Below, in pieces: positions 49,596 through 59,343 of a stretch of DNA of 64,000 nt. The stretch's first letter is position 1. Every line of letters begins with the position of its first letter. The DNA comes from Patescibacteria group bacterium (lineage in GTDB: Bacteria; Patescibacteriota; Minisyncoccia; Phycocordibacterales; CAIZLB01): the NCBI GenBank assembly GCA_040386515.1, contig JAZKFG010000005.1:9313-73312 (forward strand). Reading direction: 5' to 3'. A program made the translations under genes and the position numbers. Below the pieces are notes generated by a model, which had not been told where the DNA came from, searched no databases, and saw only the letters and a list, made by a program, of their open reading frames with translations.

Positions 49596-50312
49596 TTATG
49601 CTTTATTAAATCTTTCTACAAGACTATCGATTGATTCTTTTGGCGATACAAAAACGATATATTTGTATTTTGAAACAATCAGAGGGTTAATACTTGAAAC
49701 TGTCTGAACTTCGATGTTTTTAAAGTTTCGAGCACTCAAGATAGTATTCATATCATGTGATGGAGTAACGATAAGTGCAGCGTTATGCTTTTTTGAAGCA
49801 AGAGTTGTAAATGAATCGTTTGCACCAGCAAGATTAGCGATCAAAGATTTGATTTCTGTAGTCTTTGGAGTTGTGATTGCTAGAGTATCTAGGAAAATGA
49901 TTTCTGAGTCAGAAAACTTCTTAGAAAGAATAGTTGCAATAGCTTTATCTTTAGCTTTCTTGTTTACTTTTCTGTCGAAGTTTTTATCATTTCGAGGACC
50001 GTGAGCTACACCTCCACCTACCCAGATAGGAGATCGTGAAGATCCGTGTCGTGCTCGACCTGTACCTTTTTGTCTCCATGGCTTCTTTCCTCCTCCAGAT
50101 ACTTCACCTCGTGTTCGAACGTGCGCGAAAGGATGTCGAGCAGATGTCTGAAGAGATGTGATAACCTGGTGAACAAGGTCACCGTTCCATGATAGTCCAA
50201 AACATGATTCTGGAAGTGCAATAGTTCCTGCAGCCTTTCCTTCTTTAGATAGGATTGGAGCATTGAAATCTACTACTTTTTTTGTCTTTTTTTCTTGTGT
50301 TGTCTTTGTCAT
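49596..50312 (-). CDS. rplD: 50S ribosomal protein L4
   Basis: GGGKKPWRQKGTGRARHGS motif. Confidence 0.95.
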   Translation of the reverse strand: MTKTTQEKKTKKVVDFNAPILSKEGKAAGTIALPESCFGLSWNGDLVHQVITSLQTSARHPFAHVRTRGEVSGGGKKPWRQKGTGRARHGSSRSPIWVGGGVAHGPRNDKNFDRKVNKKAKDKAIATILSKKFSDSEIIFLDTLAITTPKTTEIKSLIANLAGANDSFTTLASKKHNAALIVTPSHDMNTILSARNFKNIEVQTVSSINPLIVSKYKYIVFVSPKESIDSLVERFNKA

Positions 50313-50348
50313 ATATTTTTTGTGATACTACAGTATAAATTGCGCTAA

Positions 50349-50960
50349 TTACTTTTGTACGATTTCTACAACAGTACCTCGTCGACCTGGAACAGCTCCT
50401 TTGATGTACAAAAGATTATTTTCTGTGTCCACTGCTACTACAGTCATATTTTTAAATGTCATCTTGTCTCCACCCATTCTTCCTGCCATACGTGTTCCTT
50501 TGAACACTCTCTGGTATCCACCGGCACCTGATGATCCTCGCTCTCTTTCTGAGTGCTTCTGACCATGTGATCCAGGACCTCCTTTGAAGTTATATCGCTT
50601 TACAACACCCTGGAAACCTTTAGCTTTAGTTGTTCCTGATACAGTAACGATATCACCTGATACGAATTCGAATGGAAGAGTATCTCCCTTCTCACCAAAA
50701 AGGCCTTGTACCTCTTTTAAGAGCGCAAAGCCTTTTTTAGCATCAGATGCAATACCACTATGAATTTTTACAGCTTTAGACAGCTGGTTAACAGATTTAG
50801 ATCCAAATCCAATTTGTACGGCGTCATACCCATCAGTAGTTTTATCTTTCTTCTGAGTAATAGTCATAGGACTAAATGACAAAACAGTTGCAGGGTAAAC
50901 CTTGCCTGTTTCATCAAATAACTGAGTCATATTCTGTTTTGTTGCGATTGTATACTTCAT
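50349..50960 (-). CDS. rplC: 50S ribosomal protein L3
   Basis: 203 aa with the conserved FKGTRMAGRMG region. Confidence 0.95.
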   Translation of the reverse strand: MKYTIATKQNMTQLFDETGKVYPATVLSFSPMTITQKKDKTTDGYDAVQIGFGSKSVNQLSKAVKIHSGIASDAKKGFALLKEVQGLFGEKGDTLPFEFVSGDIVTVSGTTKAKGFQGVVKRYNFKGGPGSHGQKHSERERGSSGAGGYQRVFKGTRMAGRMGGDKMTFKNMTVVAVDTENNLLYIKGAVPGRRGTVVEIVQK

Positions 50961-51074
50961 ATTTTTATTGTTAATCTTTTGTATAAGGTATATACCAGAG
51001 CAGGTTTGTGTGTCGAGTAACTCATTGAGTCTTGGACACTATCCTGATGATCCTTTACATAAGAGGTTTGTAAA

Positions 51075-51434
51075 CTACATCATCTTAACATCAACGTTTA
51101 CCCCTGAAGGTAGAGTCATGTTAGTGAGTGACTCGATCACTTTAGCAGAAGGGTTAAGAATGTCAATCAATCTTCTGTGTGTTCGTGACTCAAACTGTTC
51201 TCGTGAGTTCTTATAGATGAACGCTGAACGGTTTACAGTGTACTTCTTGATCTCAGTTGGTAGAGGTACTGGACCATGTACTATTGCATCATGTTTTAAT
51301 GCTGTTTCTACAATCTGTTTTACAGATGTATCTAGCAAACGAGCATCATATGCTCGAACACGAATTCGTAGTTTTGAAGTAACTTCAACGTCTGATTTAG
51401 ACTTCTTTTTTGTGCTTTTTATGGCTGTTGACAT
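51075..51434 (-). CDS. rpsJ: 30S ribosomal protein S10 (with an N-terminal Lys/Ser-rich extension)
   Basis: S10 core (RIRVRAYDARLLD...) heading the S10 operon, after a ~17-aa extension. Confidence 0.85.
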   Translation of the reverse strand: MSTAIKSTKKKSKSDVEVTSKLRIRVRAYDARLLDTSVKQIVETALKHDAIVHGPVPLPTEIKKYTVNRSAFIYKNSREQFESRTHRRLIDILNPSAKVIESLTNMTLPSGVNVDVKMM

Positions 51435-51480
51435 AGATTTGGATATTACACTATTTTATCAAAAAATGCAATGACTATAG

Positions 51481-51508
51481 ATTATAGCACTGCATTTTTT
51501 GTTGATAA
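51481..51508 (-). promoter_or_regulatory. Putative S10-operon promoter in the tuf-rpsJ spacer
   Basis: On the minus strand: TTATCA-N16-TATAAT. Confidence 0.35.
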
Positions 51509-51536
51509 TGCGTACGTTAGTTTATTTTTTGACTAA

Positions 51537-52742
51537 TTACGCAACGATTTTTGTTACAACTCCGGCTCCTACAGTCTTACCTCCTTCTCGGATAGCAAAT
51601 CGTGTATTGTCCTCTAGAGCGATTGGAGCTACAAGCTTTACTTTAAAAGTAACTGTATCTCCAGGCATAACCATTTTTCCTTCTTCAGCTAGTGTTACTT
51701 CACCTGTTACGTCAGTTGTTCGAACGTAGAACTGTGGCTTATAACCTGAGAAGAATGGTGTATGTCGTCCTCCTTCTTCTTTCTTCAAGATGTATACTTC
51801 TGCTTCAAAGTCTGTATGAGGCTTAACTGAACCTGGTTTAGCAAGTACCTGTCCTCGTGAAATATCTTCTTTCTTTACAGATCGTAGTAGTAGTCCAGCG
51901 TTATCTCCAGCCATACCTTCTGATAGAGATTTGTTGAACATTTCAACCCCTGTAACGATAGTCTTAACAGTGTCTTTTAGACCTACGATTTCGATTTCTT
52001 CACCAATTTTGATGATTCCTTTCTCGATTCGTCCTGTAACTACAGTTCCTCGTCCTTCAATAGAGAATACGTCTTCTACTGGCATTAGGAAAGGTTTGTC
52101 AGTCTCACGTACTGGTGTTGGGATAAATGAGTCGATAGCGTCAGCTAGATCAACGATTTTCTGTGCCCACTCATCACTAACATCTGCTGCGTTCAAAGCT
52201 TTTAGAGCTGAACCTCGGATAACTGGTGCGTTAGCTCCATCAAATCCGTTCTTTGTTAGAAGTTCACGTATTTCCTCTTCTACAAGGTCAAGCATGTCTT
52301 TATCATCAACCATGTCACACTTGTTCATAAATACAAGAATCTGAGGTACTCCAATCTGCTTTGCAAGAAGAACGTGCTCACGTGTTTGTGGCATAGGTCC
52401 GTCTGTTGCTGCAACCACAAGGATAGCACCGTCCATCTGAGCTGCTCCTGTAATCATGTTTTTGATGTAGTCGGCGTGACCTGGAGCATCAACGTGTGCG
52501 TAGTGACGTGTTGGTGTCTCGTATTCACAGTGAGCAAGAGAAATAGTAATTCCTCGAGCTTTTTCCTCTGGAGCTTTGTCAATTTCGTTCATTCCTAGAA
52601 GTTTGGCTCCATAACCATTTCCCTTCTTTGAAAGAACACTAAGAATAGCCGCTGTAAGAGTTGTCTTACCGTGGTCAACGTGGCCGATTGTACCAACGTT
52701 TACGTGTGTTTTTGATCGATCGAATGCTTCTGCTACTGCCAT
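51537..52742 (-). CDS. tuf: Elongation factor Tu
   Basis: 401 aa with [18 protein letters not shown] and NKCD motifs. Confidence 0.97.
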   Translation of the reverse strand: MAVAEAFDRSKTHVNVGTIGHVDHGKTTLTAAILSVLSKKGNGYGAKLLGMNEIDKAPEEKARGITISLAHCEYETPTRHYAHVDAPGHADYIKNMITGAAQMDGAILVVAATDGPMPQTREHVLLAKQIGVPQILVFMNKCDMVDDKDMLDLVEEEIRELLTKNGFDGANAPVIRGSALKALNAADVSDEWAQKIVDLADAIDSFIPTPVRETDKPFLMPVEDVFSIEGRGTVVTGRIEKGIIKIGEEIEIVGLKDTVKTIVTGVEMFNKSLSEGMAGDNAGLLLRSVKKEDISRGQVLAKPGSVKPHTDFEAEVYILKKEEGGRHTPFFSGYKPQFYVRTTDVTGEVTLAEEGKMVMPGDTVTFKVKLVAPIALEDNTRFAIREGGKTVGAGVVTKIVA

Positions 52743-52898
52743 ATATTTTTATATTCAATTAATTAATATTTTATGTAATTTTGCGAATTTTTGGTTTGGG
52801 GTAAATGTACGTGAATAACTTACCTCAAAGCAAAAAGAAAATCGCAATGGATACAAGTGTAGCAACTGCGATTCTTATTGTCAATCAATATTATAATC

Positions 52899-54761
52899 TT
52901 ATTCTGTTGTTGTGTCTGTTACTGGTGCCGGAATTGGATCTGGCACAGGTTGTACAGCTGGTTCAACCTCAGGTGCTGGCGCTGGTGTAACTGGTACTTC
53001 AACTATTTGTTCAGGAGTACTGCTTGAAGTCGGTGCTGGTGGAGGTACAGAAGGAAGCGGCTGCTGAATAATATTAATGTTTTGACTTGTCATCAGTGTT
53101 TCAATTTGATCCCCTGTTATACAAACTTCTTGACCATTAGTTTTTTGAACACATAGATTTTTAGTTTTAACAATATCGGTCTCTACAAGTTTTGTTTTAA
53201 CCGCTTCAGCAAATCCCTCCACCTTAGCAGCAAGCTCCTTCACCGCATTCACAAGCGCCGCAAGGATAGGACGGTCAGCTAATGTAAGAAAACCTCGTCC
53301 ATCTGTTCCTACAGCTTCTGGAATATTTTCTTGAACATTTTGTGCACTAAATCCTGCATATGCATTTGTTGTATCGTACCCAGTCTCTGGTTTCCATTTA
53401 TACATGATTGGGTTAAGACCTAGGATTTTCTCTAATCCTGTTTTAAATTCTCCTTGTATATCCTTTAGTCTTTCGTCAGATGATACGGTTACGTTACCAA
53501 GTGCATCAGTTGAGAGTGATCCTGCACCAAGTGATGCAAAACGTACTGTTCCTGTTGTTGTAAATTGAGCTGTTGGGGTTGAGGTTCCGATGCCGACAAA
53601 TCCGTTTGCCATAATTCTCATTCTTTCAGAAGTGGTTGTTCCGACAGTCGTACCAAATATTAAATCGGTATCAAGCACAGTCGGAGTGTGGACCTGTGCG
53701 GACATAGCACGAATGAATGCAGTTGTTGTTCCTGGATCTGTGAGCTGCGAGTCGTTACTTGAAAAATTAATCATTCCAATTGGTTCATTTGCAGATATAG
53801 CGTAACGAAATGATCTAAGGTTGAGACTTCCACTAGATGAGGCGGCACCAGTTAGGACATATGTGCCCGATCCAGCTACAACCAAACGAGCATCCACAAC
53901 TGAAGAACCTATGCCAACATCTCCAGGAGTAGTAATAATCATTTTATCACTACTTGCAGTTGTGTTTGTTGCAGCACGGTTTGCATTTCCAAAACGCAAC
54001 ACACCAGCTGACATACGCATATAGCCAAATGGACGACCTACTGGATCGGCAGAATCAGCAACATTAGTATCCTCTATTCGAAGGAATCCACCATTAGCAC
54101 CAGAAATTCTAAGTGATGCGGTTCCAGCAGGATTCACCACATGAAAAAGTTCACTTGGAGTACTCGTTCCAACCCCAACCTTTCCAGCAATATAAGTAAT
54201 ATCAGTACCACTTGTTACCCATGGAGTTGATACAGTCCACGTTGTTCCGTTTGATATATACAGAGTGTTATCAGTTGTATTGAAATACAGAGATCCAGCT
54301 GGACCAACTGTTGGTGCACTTGCATATGAGAATGCTCCAAAAGACTTAAGAGCAGTAGGGACTGCATTCAAAGCAGTTCGAGGACTTAGATCTGTACCGT
54401 TGATATTTACCTGAACATACAATGCTTGATTGAAGTTTACTCCTGTTGTATCTGCTTCTGTAAATGATGTTCCAAAGTAACCATTTGCAACAGTTACTGT
54501 TTTTACAATCGGAGAACCTGTTACAGCTCCACCTGAGAGTGCATCATAAAATGTAAATGTTGCATTTACTGATGATGAAAGTGGAGCTCCACTACTATAT
54601 AGCTGTCCTTGAAAGCCAAGAGACTTTGAAGGAGAGGCAGCGAAGATAGTTGTTGCTGAAAATATACCAACAACAAGCATGGCAGACAAAAGATATTTTT
54701 TTGTAGTTAAAGTTCGTTTCATGTATATAGTTATTGTATATGTTTTTTCACTAATTAACAA
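52899..54761 (-). CDS. Secreted fibre-like protein, paralog 3 of 3 (conserved N-module, Gly-rich core, S74-like C-terminal domain, Pro-rich tail)
   Basis: 620 aa. Signal peptide; N-module AASPSKSLGFQGQLYSSGAPLSSSVNATFTFYD...; C-terminus SSDERLKDIQGEFKTGLEKILGLNPIMYKWKPETGYD...RGFLTLADRPILAALVNAVKELAAKVE; Pro/Ala/Val-rich tail. Confidence 0.8.
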   Translation of the reverse strand: MLISEKTYTITIYMKRTLTTKKYLLSAMLVVGIFSATTIFAASPSKSLGFQGQLYSSGAPLSSSVNATFTFYDALSGGAVTGSPIVKTVTVANGYFGTSFTEADTTGVNFNQALYVQVNINGTDLSPRTALNAVPTALKSFGAFSYASAPTVGPAGSLYFNTTDNTLYISNGTTWTVSTPWVTSGTDITYIAGKVGVGTSTPSELFHVVNPAGTASLRISGANGGFLRIEDTNVADSADPVGRPFGYMRMSAGVLRFGNANRAATNTTASSDKMIITTPGDVGIGSSVVDARLVVAGSGTYVLTGAASSSGSLNLRSFRYAISANEPIGMINFSSNDSQLTDPGTTTAFIRAMSAQVHTPTVLDTDLIFGTTVGTTTSERMRIMANGFVGIGTSTPTAQFTTTGTVRFASLGAGSLSTDALGNVTVSSDERLKDIQGEFKTGLEKILGLNPIMYKWKPETGYDTTNAYAGFSAQNVQENIPEAVGTDGRGFLTLADRPILAALVNAVKELAAKVEGFAEAVKTKLVETDIVKTKNLCVQKTNGQEVCITGDQIETLMTSQNINIIQQPLPSVPPPAPTSSSTPEQIVEVPVTPAPAPEVEPAVQPVPDPIPAPVTDTTTE

Positions 54762-54768
54762 ATAATTA

Positions 54769-55164
54769 TTATATATACGAAGTATAAATCAAAACAGATT
54801 CCAAAACTTTACTCAAATCAGTATCTGCTTTAACAAAATAATGATGAGCTCCTAGACCCATTGTGTCAGCAATTGAATCCATGTCTCCTCTATTCGAAAG
54901 AATAATAATAAATACTTGCTTTCCCCAACTATCCTGCGTACGAAGTTTCGTAATAAATTCAACACCATCCATAATCGGCATAGATAAATCTGTAACAATA
55001 ACTTGAGGTCGTTCACGTTCTGCAATTTCCAACCCTTCCTTTCCATTGGTCGCAGTTAAAAGATCAAAACCGTAATCAGAGAATTTCTCAACAAGAAGCT
55101 TTAAAAAAGACTCTTCATCGTCAACAAACAGGATTTTCTTTTTTTCATCATCCCCTTTATTCAT
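54769..55164 (-). CDS. Stand-alone response-regulator receiver (CheY-like REC) domain protein
   Basis: 131 aa with an acidic pocket (FVDDEE) and a phospho-acceptor Asp in IVTDLSMPIMDG. It lies 8 bp upstream of fibre paralog 3 on the same strand. Confidence 0.75.
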   Translation of the reverse strand: MNKGDDEKKKILFVDDEESFLKLLVEKFSDYGFDLLTATNGKEGLEIAERERPQVIVTDLSMPIMDGVEFITKLRTQDSWGKQVFIIILSNRGDMDSIADTMGLGAHHYFVKADTDLSKVLESVLIYTSYI

Positions 55165-55243
55165 AAGTTAAATTATACAATACAATTAAGAATTTCTATA
55201 GGGTTGATTGCCATTTTGTTGTCAAATACGTATAATGCAATAT

Positions 55244-55618
55244 ATGAAGCCTATACATAACACGTATAAACTAGCGTTGATTATTGTCCTACTTATCGGA
55301 GCTGCTATAGGAGCTTATTTTCTATACAAGAATAAGACGCCTGTATTAAATGATATTGATGCAGCTAAACAAGAAGCTCTTGAGGTTAAGCAAGGCCTAA
55401 GCAAGCATCTTGTGCTGCCTGATGGAGAAGAGCCAGACATTCGAAAGATTAATCAGAAGCTAGAGGATCCATTTTTTGTAAATGCAGAAATCGGCGATTA
55501 TTTAATTATTTTCTATAAGAGTCGTATTGCTTACATCTACTCTCCAAGTAAAGATATTATTACGAATGCAGGGGTTGTCTTTGTAAATCCGCAGCAAGCT
55601 AGTACAACTAAAAAATAA
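55244..55618 (+). CDS. Hypothetical membrane-anchored protein
   Basis: Start set at MKPIHNTYK. It has an N-terminal TM helix (LALIIVLLIGAAIGAYFLY). Confidence 0.4.
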   Translation: MKPIHNTYKLALIIVLLIGAAIGAYFLYKNKTPVLNDIDAAKQEALEVKQGLSKHLVLPDGEEPDIRKINQKLEDPFFVNAEIGDYLIIFYKSRIAYIYSPSKDIITNAGVVFVNPQQASTTKK

Positions 55619-55681
55619 AGACCGGGACTTTGAGTTGTCCACGGCCTATTGGAAATAGATTCATATTAAGTGACAAGGAAA

Positions 55682-56041
55682 TTAAACAAGCTCTAGGAGT
55701 CGAATGTTAATTCCCTTGCGAAACCAATGCTTGGTGCAGCGAATTTTAGCCCTACAATCATTCGTAAGCGAGGAAACGAGTTTTGAAGTCAAAGGAATAC
55801 GAACTTCTTTATCACATATTCCATTTGGCAATACGATGGAAACATATCCCTTCTTTATATCAGAAATTTCAACGACTAGGTCGCAGGTAAAGTATTCAAT
55901 TCGCTCACAGAGCATTATCAAAGAAATACCAACCAGCGCCACAAAAGGGGCATATATCGGATTTAAAAAAATCATACATAGGATGGGTAAAGGTGCAATT
56001 TGCACTATATACTCATATTTTCCAAAAAACAATGTTCCCAC
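55682..56041 (-). CDS. Hypothetical small membrane protein (uncertain; competes with an unlikely N-terminal extension of ruvA)
   Basis: 119-aa ORF with hydrophobic segments, lying opposite the ruvA upstream region. Confidence 0.25.
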   Translation of the reverse strand: MGTLFFGKYEYIVQIAPLPILCMIFLNPIYAPFVALVGISLIMLCERIEYFTCDLVVEISDIKKGYVSIVLPNGICDKEVRIPLTSKLVSSLTNDCRAKIRCTKHWFRKGINIRLLELV

Positions 56042-56059
56042 TCTATGCTATGATAGAGC

Positions 56060-56657
56060 CATGATTTCATATCTTGAAGGAACAGTTCGCGATATAGACA
56101 GTAAATGCATATGCCTTATGACAACAGCTGGCGTTGGGTATCAGGTACAACTTGGCAAAATGGATTTAGAGAGTGTGAATTTAGGCGATGCAGCTTCATT
56201 CTATATTTATACAAATGTGAGAGAAGATGCACTTGACTTGTTTGGATTTGTTGAGCGGTCAGATAAAATAATGTTTGAGCAGCTTACATCGATTTCTGGT
56301 ATTGGACCACGGTCAGCACTGAGCATACTTTCCCTTTCAGGAAGTGAAGTGTTGTACGAACATGTGGTGAAAAATAATACTGCATATCTGACACAAATTT
56401 CTGGTATTGGAAAAAAGATTGCTGAAAAGATTGTATTAGAACTACGAGACAAGCTTCCGAAAATTGCTTTTGATTTTTCAAAATCTGGAAATACTGGAAC
56501 AAGTACGCATATTGAAGACATTGAAGTATTTGAGGCACTTAAGGCTATGGGTTACTCTGCCAAGGAGGCTAAGAATGCGCTCGATAATATTCCAACAGGA
56601 CTTTCTACAACGAGTGAGAAGATTAAGGCTGCGCTGCGAGTTGTTGAGAGAGATTAA
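56060..56657 (+). CDS. ruvA: Holliday junction DNA helicase subunit RuvA
   Basis: The start MISYLEGTV matches the canonical RuvA N-terminus (MIGRLRG...). Helix-hairpin-helix motifs (ISGIGPRSA, ISGIGKKIAEKI) and a C-terminal domain III are present. Confidence 0.8.
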
Positions 56658-56777
56658 TATATATGCTACGCTAACATCAAACCTATGTTGATGAGAAAAT
56701 CCCTACAGACTTGGTCAGGCTTCACGAGCTAAAAAATCTTTTTATTAAAAGATACTTTTTAACTCAACATCACTCAT

Positions 56778-57626
56778 ATGCAAAACTCTTTATTGAACAC
56801 TCGATGTGTTCAGATGGCCTGTATGAATTTAGGTATTCCCTACAAGTCATACGATGATAATCAAAACTTTATAGAAATACGTATTCACAATAAGCCGTAT
56901 TTCTTTGTAAACTTTTCAACGCCTTTTAATGGTGAAGGAATTAGTTTTGTCTGCAAAGATAAATATTTTACGTACAAACTTCTCCAACATGTTATTCGCA
57001 TGCCGAGGACACTCTCCTTCTTTGATCCTGAATATCCGAATGATGCATATAAACAATATGTTAAGGAAAAAGATAACCCTGAAATTGTTGATTCAATAGT
57101 GGAGAACTTTTCATTTCCAATAATTGTAAAAATGAATCAAGGCTCAATGGGTAGAAATGTATTTGTATGCAATACCAAATCAGAAATACTCCAAGCAGTT
57201 GAAACAATTTATAAAAAAGATTCTACTCTGTATGATTATATAGCTCTTGCTCAAGAACATATTTCAATTCAAAAAGAGTACCGAGTGATTATCTTTAAGC
57301 GGGAAATTATGCTTATATATGAGAAGGACTTCTCGAGGGCAATCATATCGGACAATATTAGTCCGCTGCATCAGGAAAATTCAAAGGCGGTTCTTATTGA
57401 AGATATAGCGATTCGTACAACATTACAAAACTTTATCGAACCTATATTTGACTCCTTTGATATACAATTCGCTGGACTTGATATTATAGTTGATAATAGA
57501 GGACAGTTATATCTTCTTGAGATAAATAGCAAGCCAGGGTTCTCATATTTCGTACGAGACAATGGAGAGCAGAGGTTGATGCACATGTACGAGGATATAT
57601 TCACTAAACTAATTAACACAAAATAA
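56778..57626 (+). CDS. ATP-grasp fold protein (RimK/glutathione synthetase-like ligase)
   Basis: KMNQGSMGRNVFV and LLEINSKPGF motifs. Confidence 0.55.
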   Translation: MQNSLLNTRCVQMACMNLGIPYKSYDDNQNFIEIRIHNKPYFFVNFSTPFNGEGISFVCKDKYFTYKLLQHVIRMPRTLSFFDPEYPNDAYKQYVKEKDNPEIVDSIVENFSFPIIVKMNQGSMGRNVFVCNTKSEILQAVETIYKKDSTLYDYIALAQEHISIQKEYRVIIFKREIMLIYEKDFSRAIISDNISPLHQENSKAVLIEDIAIRTTLQNFIEPIFDSFDIQFAGLDIIVDNRGQLYLLEINSKPGFSYFVRDNGEQRLMHMYEDIFTKLINTK

Positions 57627-57630
57627 ACAT

Positions 57631-58476
57631 ATGGCACATATTTTAAATGGAAAAAAACTAAGCATTGAGAGAGCAGAAAAATTGAAAGAGACTGTTTCCC
57701 TTCTCCCCACTCAACCAACTTTAGTCATTATACAAATTGGAGATGTTGCTGAATCTAATATTTATATTCAAGGAAAAACAAAGATGGCCGAAAAGATTGG
57801 TGCCAGGGTGCAACGTGAAAAATATTCTGCAAATATTTCTGAGAAAGAAATTATTAAGGATATTGAAAAGTTTAATCAAGACAAATCAGTTCACGGCATT
57901 ATTATACAGCTCCCTATTCCTGAGAGTTTAGATAAAAATAGTATTATTGATGTCATAGATCCAAATAAAGATGTTGATGGTTTGACTGCGCAAAATATAA
58001 AACAGCTTTGCATTAACAATACTGGAATAATTCCAGCAACTACAAAAGGCATACTAACATTGTGTAAAGAAAACAATATTGTTTTACAAGGAAAACATAT
58101 TGCTATCATGGGAAGATCTACTCTTGTTGGAAAACCCACAATGCTTGCGTGCGTAAATGAAAATGCAACAGTGACTTTGTGTCACAGCTATACGAAGGAT
58201 TTAGAAAAGATTACTCAGAGTGCTGATATTATTATTACTGCAACAGGTACGCGAAATCTTATTACGAAAAATCATGTTCGAACAGGACAAATTATTATTG
58301 ATGTAGGCATACATGCAATTGAAGAAGAAAATAGAAAAGTAAGTGGAGATGTTTCTTATGATGAGGTTGCGGAAATTGTTGAAAGCATTACTCCAGTTCC
58401 TGGAGGTGTTGGACCGATGACAGTTATTTCTCTTTTTGAAAATCTTGTTGATGCATACAAAAAACACGCCTTGTAA
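57631..58476 (+). CDS. folD: Bifunctional methylenetetrahydrofolate dehydrogenase/cyclohydrolase
   Basis: 281 aa with the FolD motifs GRSTLVGKP, DVGI and TPVPGGVGPMT. Confidence 0.9.
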   Translation: MAHILNGKKLSIERAEKLKETVSLLPTQPTLVIIQIGDVAESNIYIQGKTKMAEKIGARVQREKYSANISEKEIIKDIEKFNQDKSVHGIIIQLPIPESLDKNSIIDVIDPNKDVDGLTAQNIKQLCINNTGIIPATTKGILTLCKENNIVLQGKHIAIMGRSTLVGKPTMLACVNENATVTLCHSYTKDLEKITQSADIIITATGTRNLITKNHVRTGQIIIDVGIHAIEEENRKVSGDVSYDEVAEIVESITPVPGGVGPMTVISLFENLVDAYKKHAL

Positions 58477-58707
58477 AAAACAGAAGCGTGAGTGTAAAAA
58501 TAAAACGGTGGGATGGATTCCTCATGGAATCCGAAAAGGGACAAGTAATCCCTCTTCGAAGCAAAATGAGCTGGGAATCAATAAGCATTGGGGGCAGTAA
58601 ACTTCTTCGAAGAGGGAGTGTGTCAATTGAAAGTCGCGAACATTCAAGACACGTCAACAGATTGAAAGTGCATATGACAACTGGGATTGCCACAGAGAAA
58701 ATATACA

Positions 58708-59190
58708 CTACTTCAGGAAGTCATACAATACTACTCCCGCACATACAGAAACGTTTAATGATTCTTTATCTCCTTTCATTTCTATTTCGATAATAGAATC
58801 ACAGAGTTTTAATATTTCTTTCGGCACGCCGTCTACCTCATTTCCAAAAATACACAAGATCTTTTCAGGTTTTGTAAATGATGTGAGGGGGACAGAATTA
58901 GAAGCTTGCTCAATTGCAACAATAACAAAGCCTTCTTTTTTGGCTTTTTTAATTATATCCTTAGCTTTTTCTATATATTCCCATGCCACAGTTTTCTCTC
59001 CACCAAGGGCTGTTTTTGCAATCTCTTTTTGAGGGCCAGATGAAGATCTGCCAAATCGATCTGTCGGTCTTGGCGTTGTACCAGATAGAAATATCTTTGA
59101 AGCACCGAAACAATCAGCTGATCTAAATATAGAACCAACATTATAAGCGCTTCGAATGTCAGGAAGGAGTATATGGACAATAGGATTCAT
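58708..59190 (-). CDS. SpoU/TrmH-family RNA 2'-O-methyltransferase
   Basis: SPOUT motifs IFGNEVDGVP and SLNVSVCAGVVLYDF. Start set at MNPIVH. Confidence 0.7.
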   Translation of the reverse strand: MNPIVHILLPDIRSAYNVGSIFRSADCFGASKIFLSGTTPRPTDRFGRSSSGPQKEIAKTALGGEKTVAWEYIEKAKDIIKKAKKEGFVIVAIEQASNSVPLTSFTKPEKILCIFGNEVDGVPKEILKLCDSIIEIEMKGDKESLNVSVCAGVVLYDFLK

Positions 59191-59221
59191 GTAGTGTATT
59201 ATACACAAGTATTGGTTTTAT

Positions 59222-59294
59222 GCGTTCGTAGCTCAGTCGGTAGAGCACCTGCCTTTTAAGCAGAGGGTCGTAGGTTCGATTCCTACCGGACGCA
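59222..59294 (+). tRNA. tRNA-Lys (anticodon TTT)
   Basis: Acceptor GCGTTCG/CGGACGC, D-arm GCTC-AGTCGGTA-GAGC, anticodon loop CTTTTAA, T-arm GTAGG-TTCGATT-CCTAC. Confidence 0.85.
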
Positions 59295-59297
59295 CAG

Positions 59298-59335
59298 ATA
59301 GAAATAGCCGCACATTTGTGCGGCTATTTCCTTAT
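59298..59335 (+). terminator. Hairpin immediately 3' of tRNA-Lys (terminator or processing stem)
   Basis: 13-bp stem AAATAGCCGCACA/TGTGCGGCTATTT followed by CCTTATTT. Confidence 0.45.
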
Positions 59336-59343
59336 TTGTCCGA

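Noticed and set aside
55704-56059. 118-aa N-terminal extension of ruvA given in the ORF track (317-aa form)
   Set aside because: The canonical RuvA N-terminus (MISYLEG... compared with MIGRLRG...) begins at 56060. The upstream frame has no similarity to RuvA and competes with an opposite-strand hydrophobic ORF.
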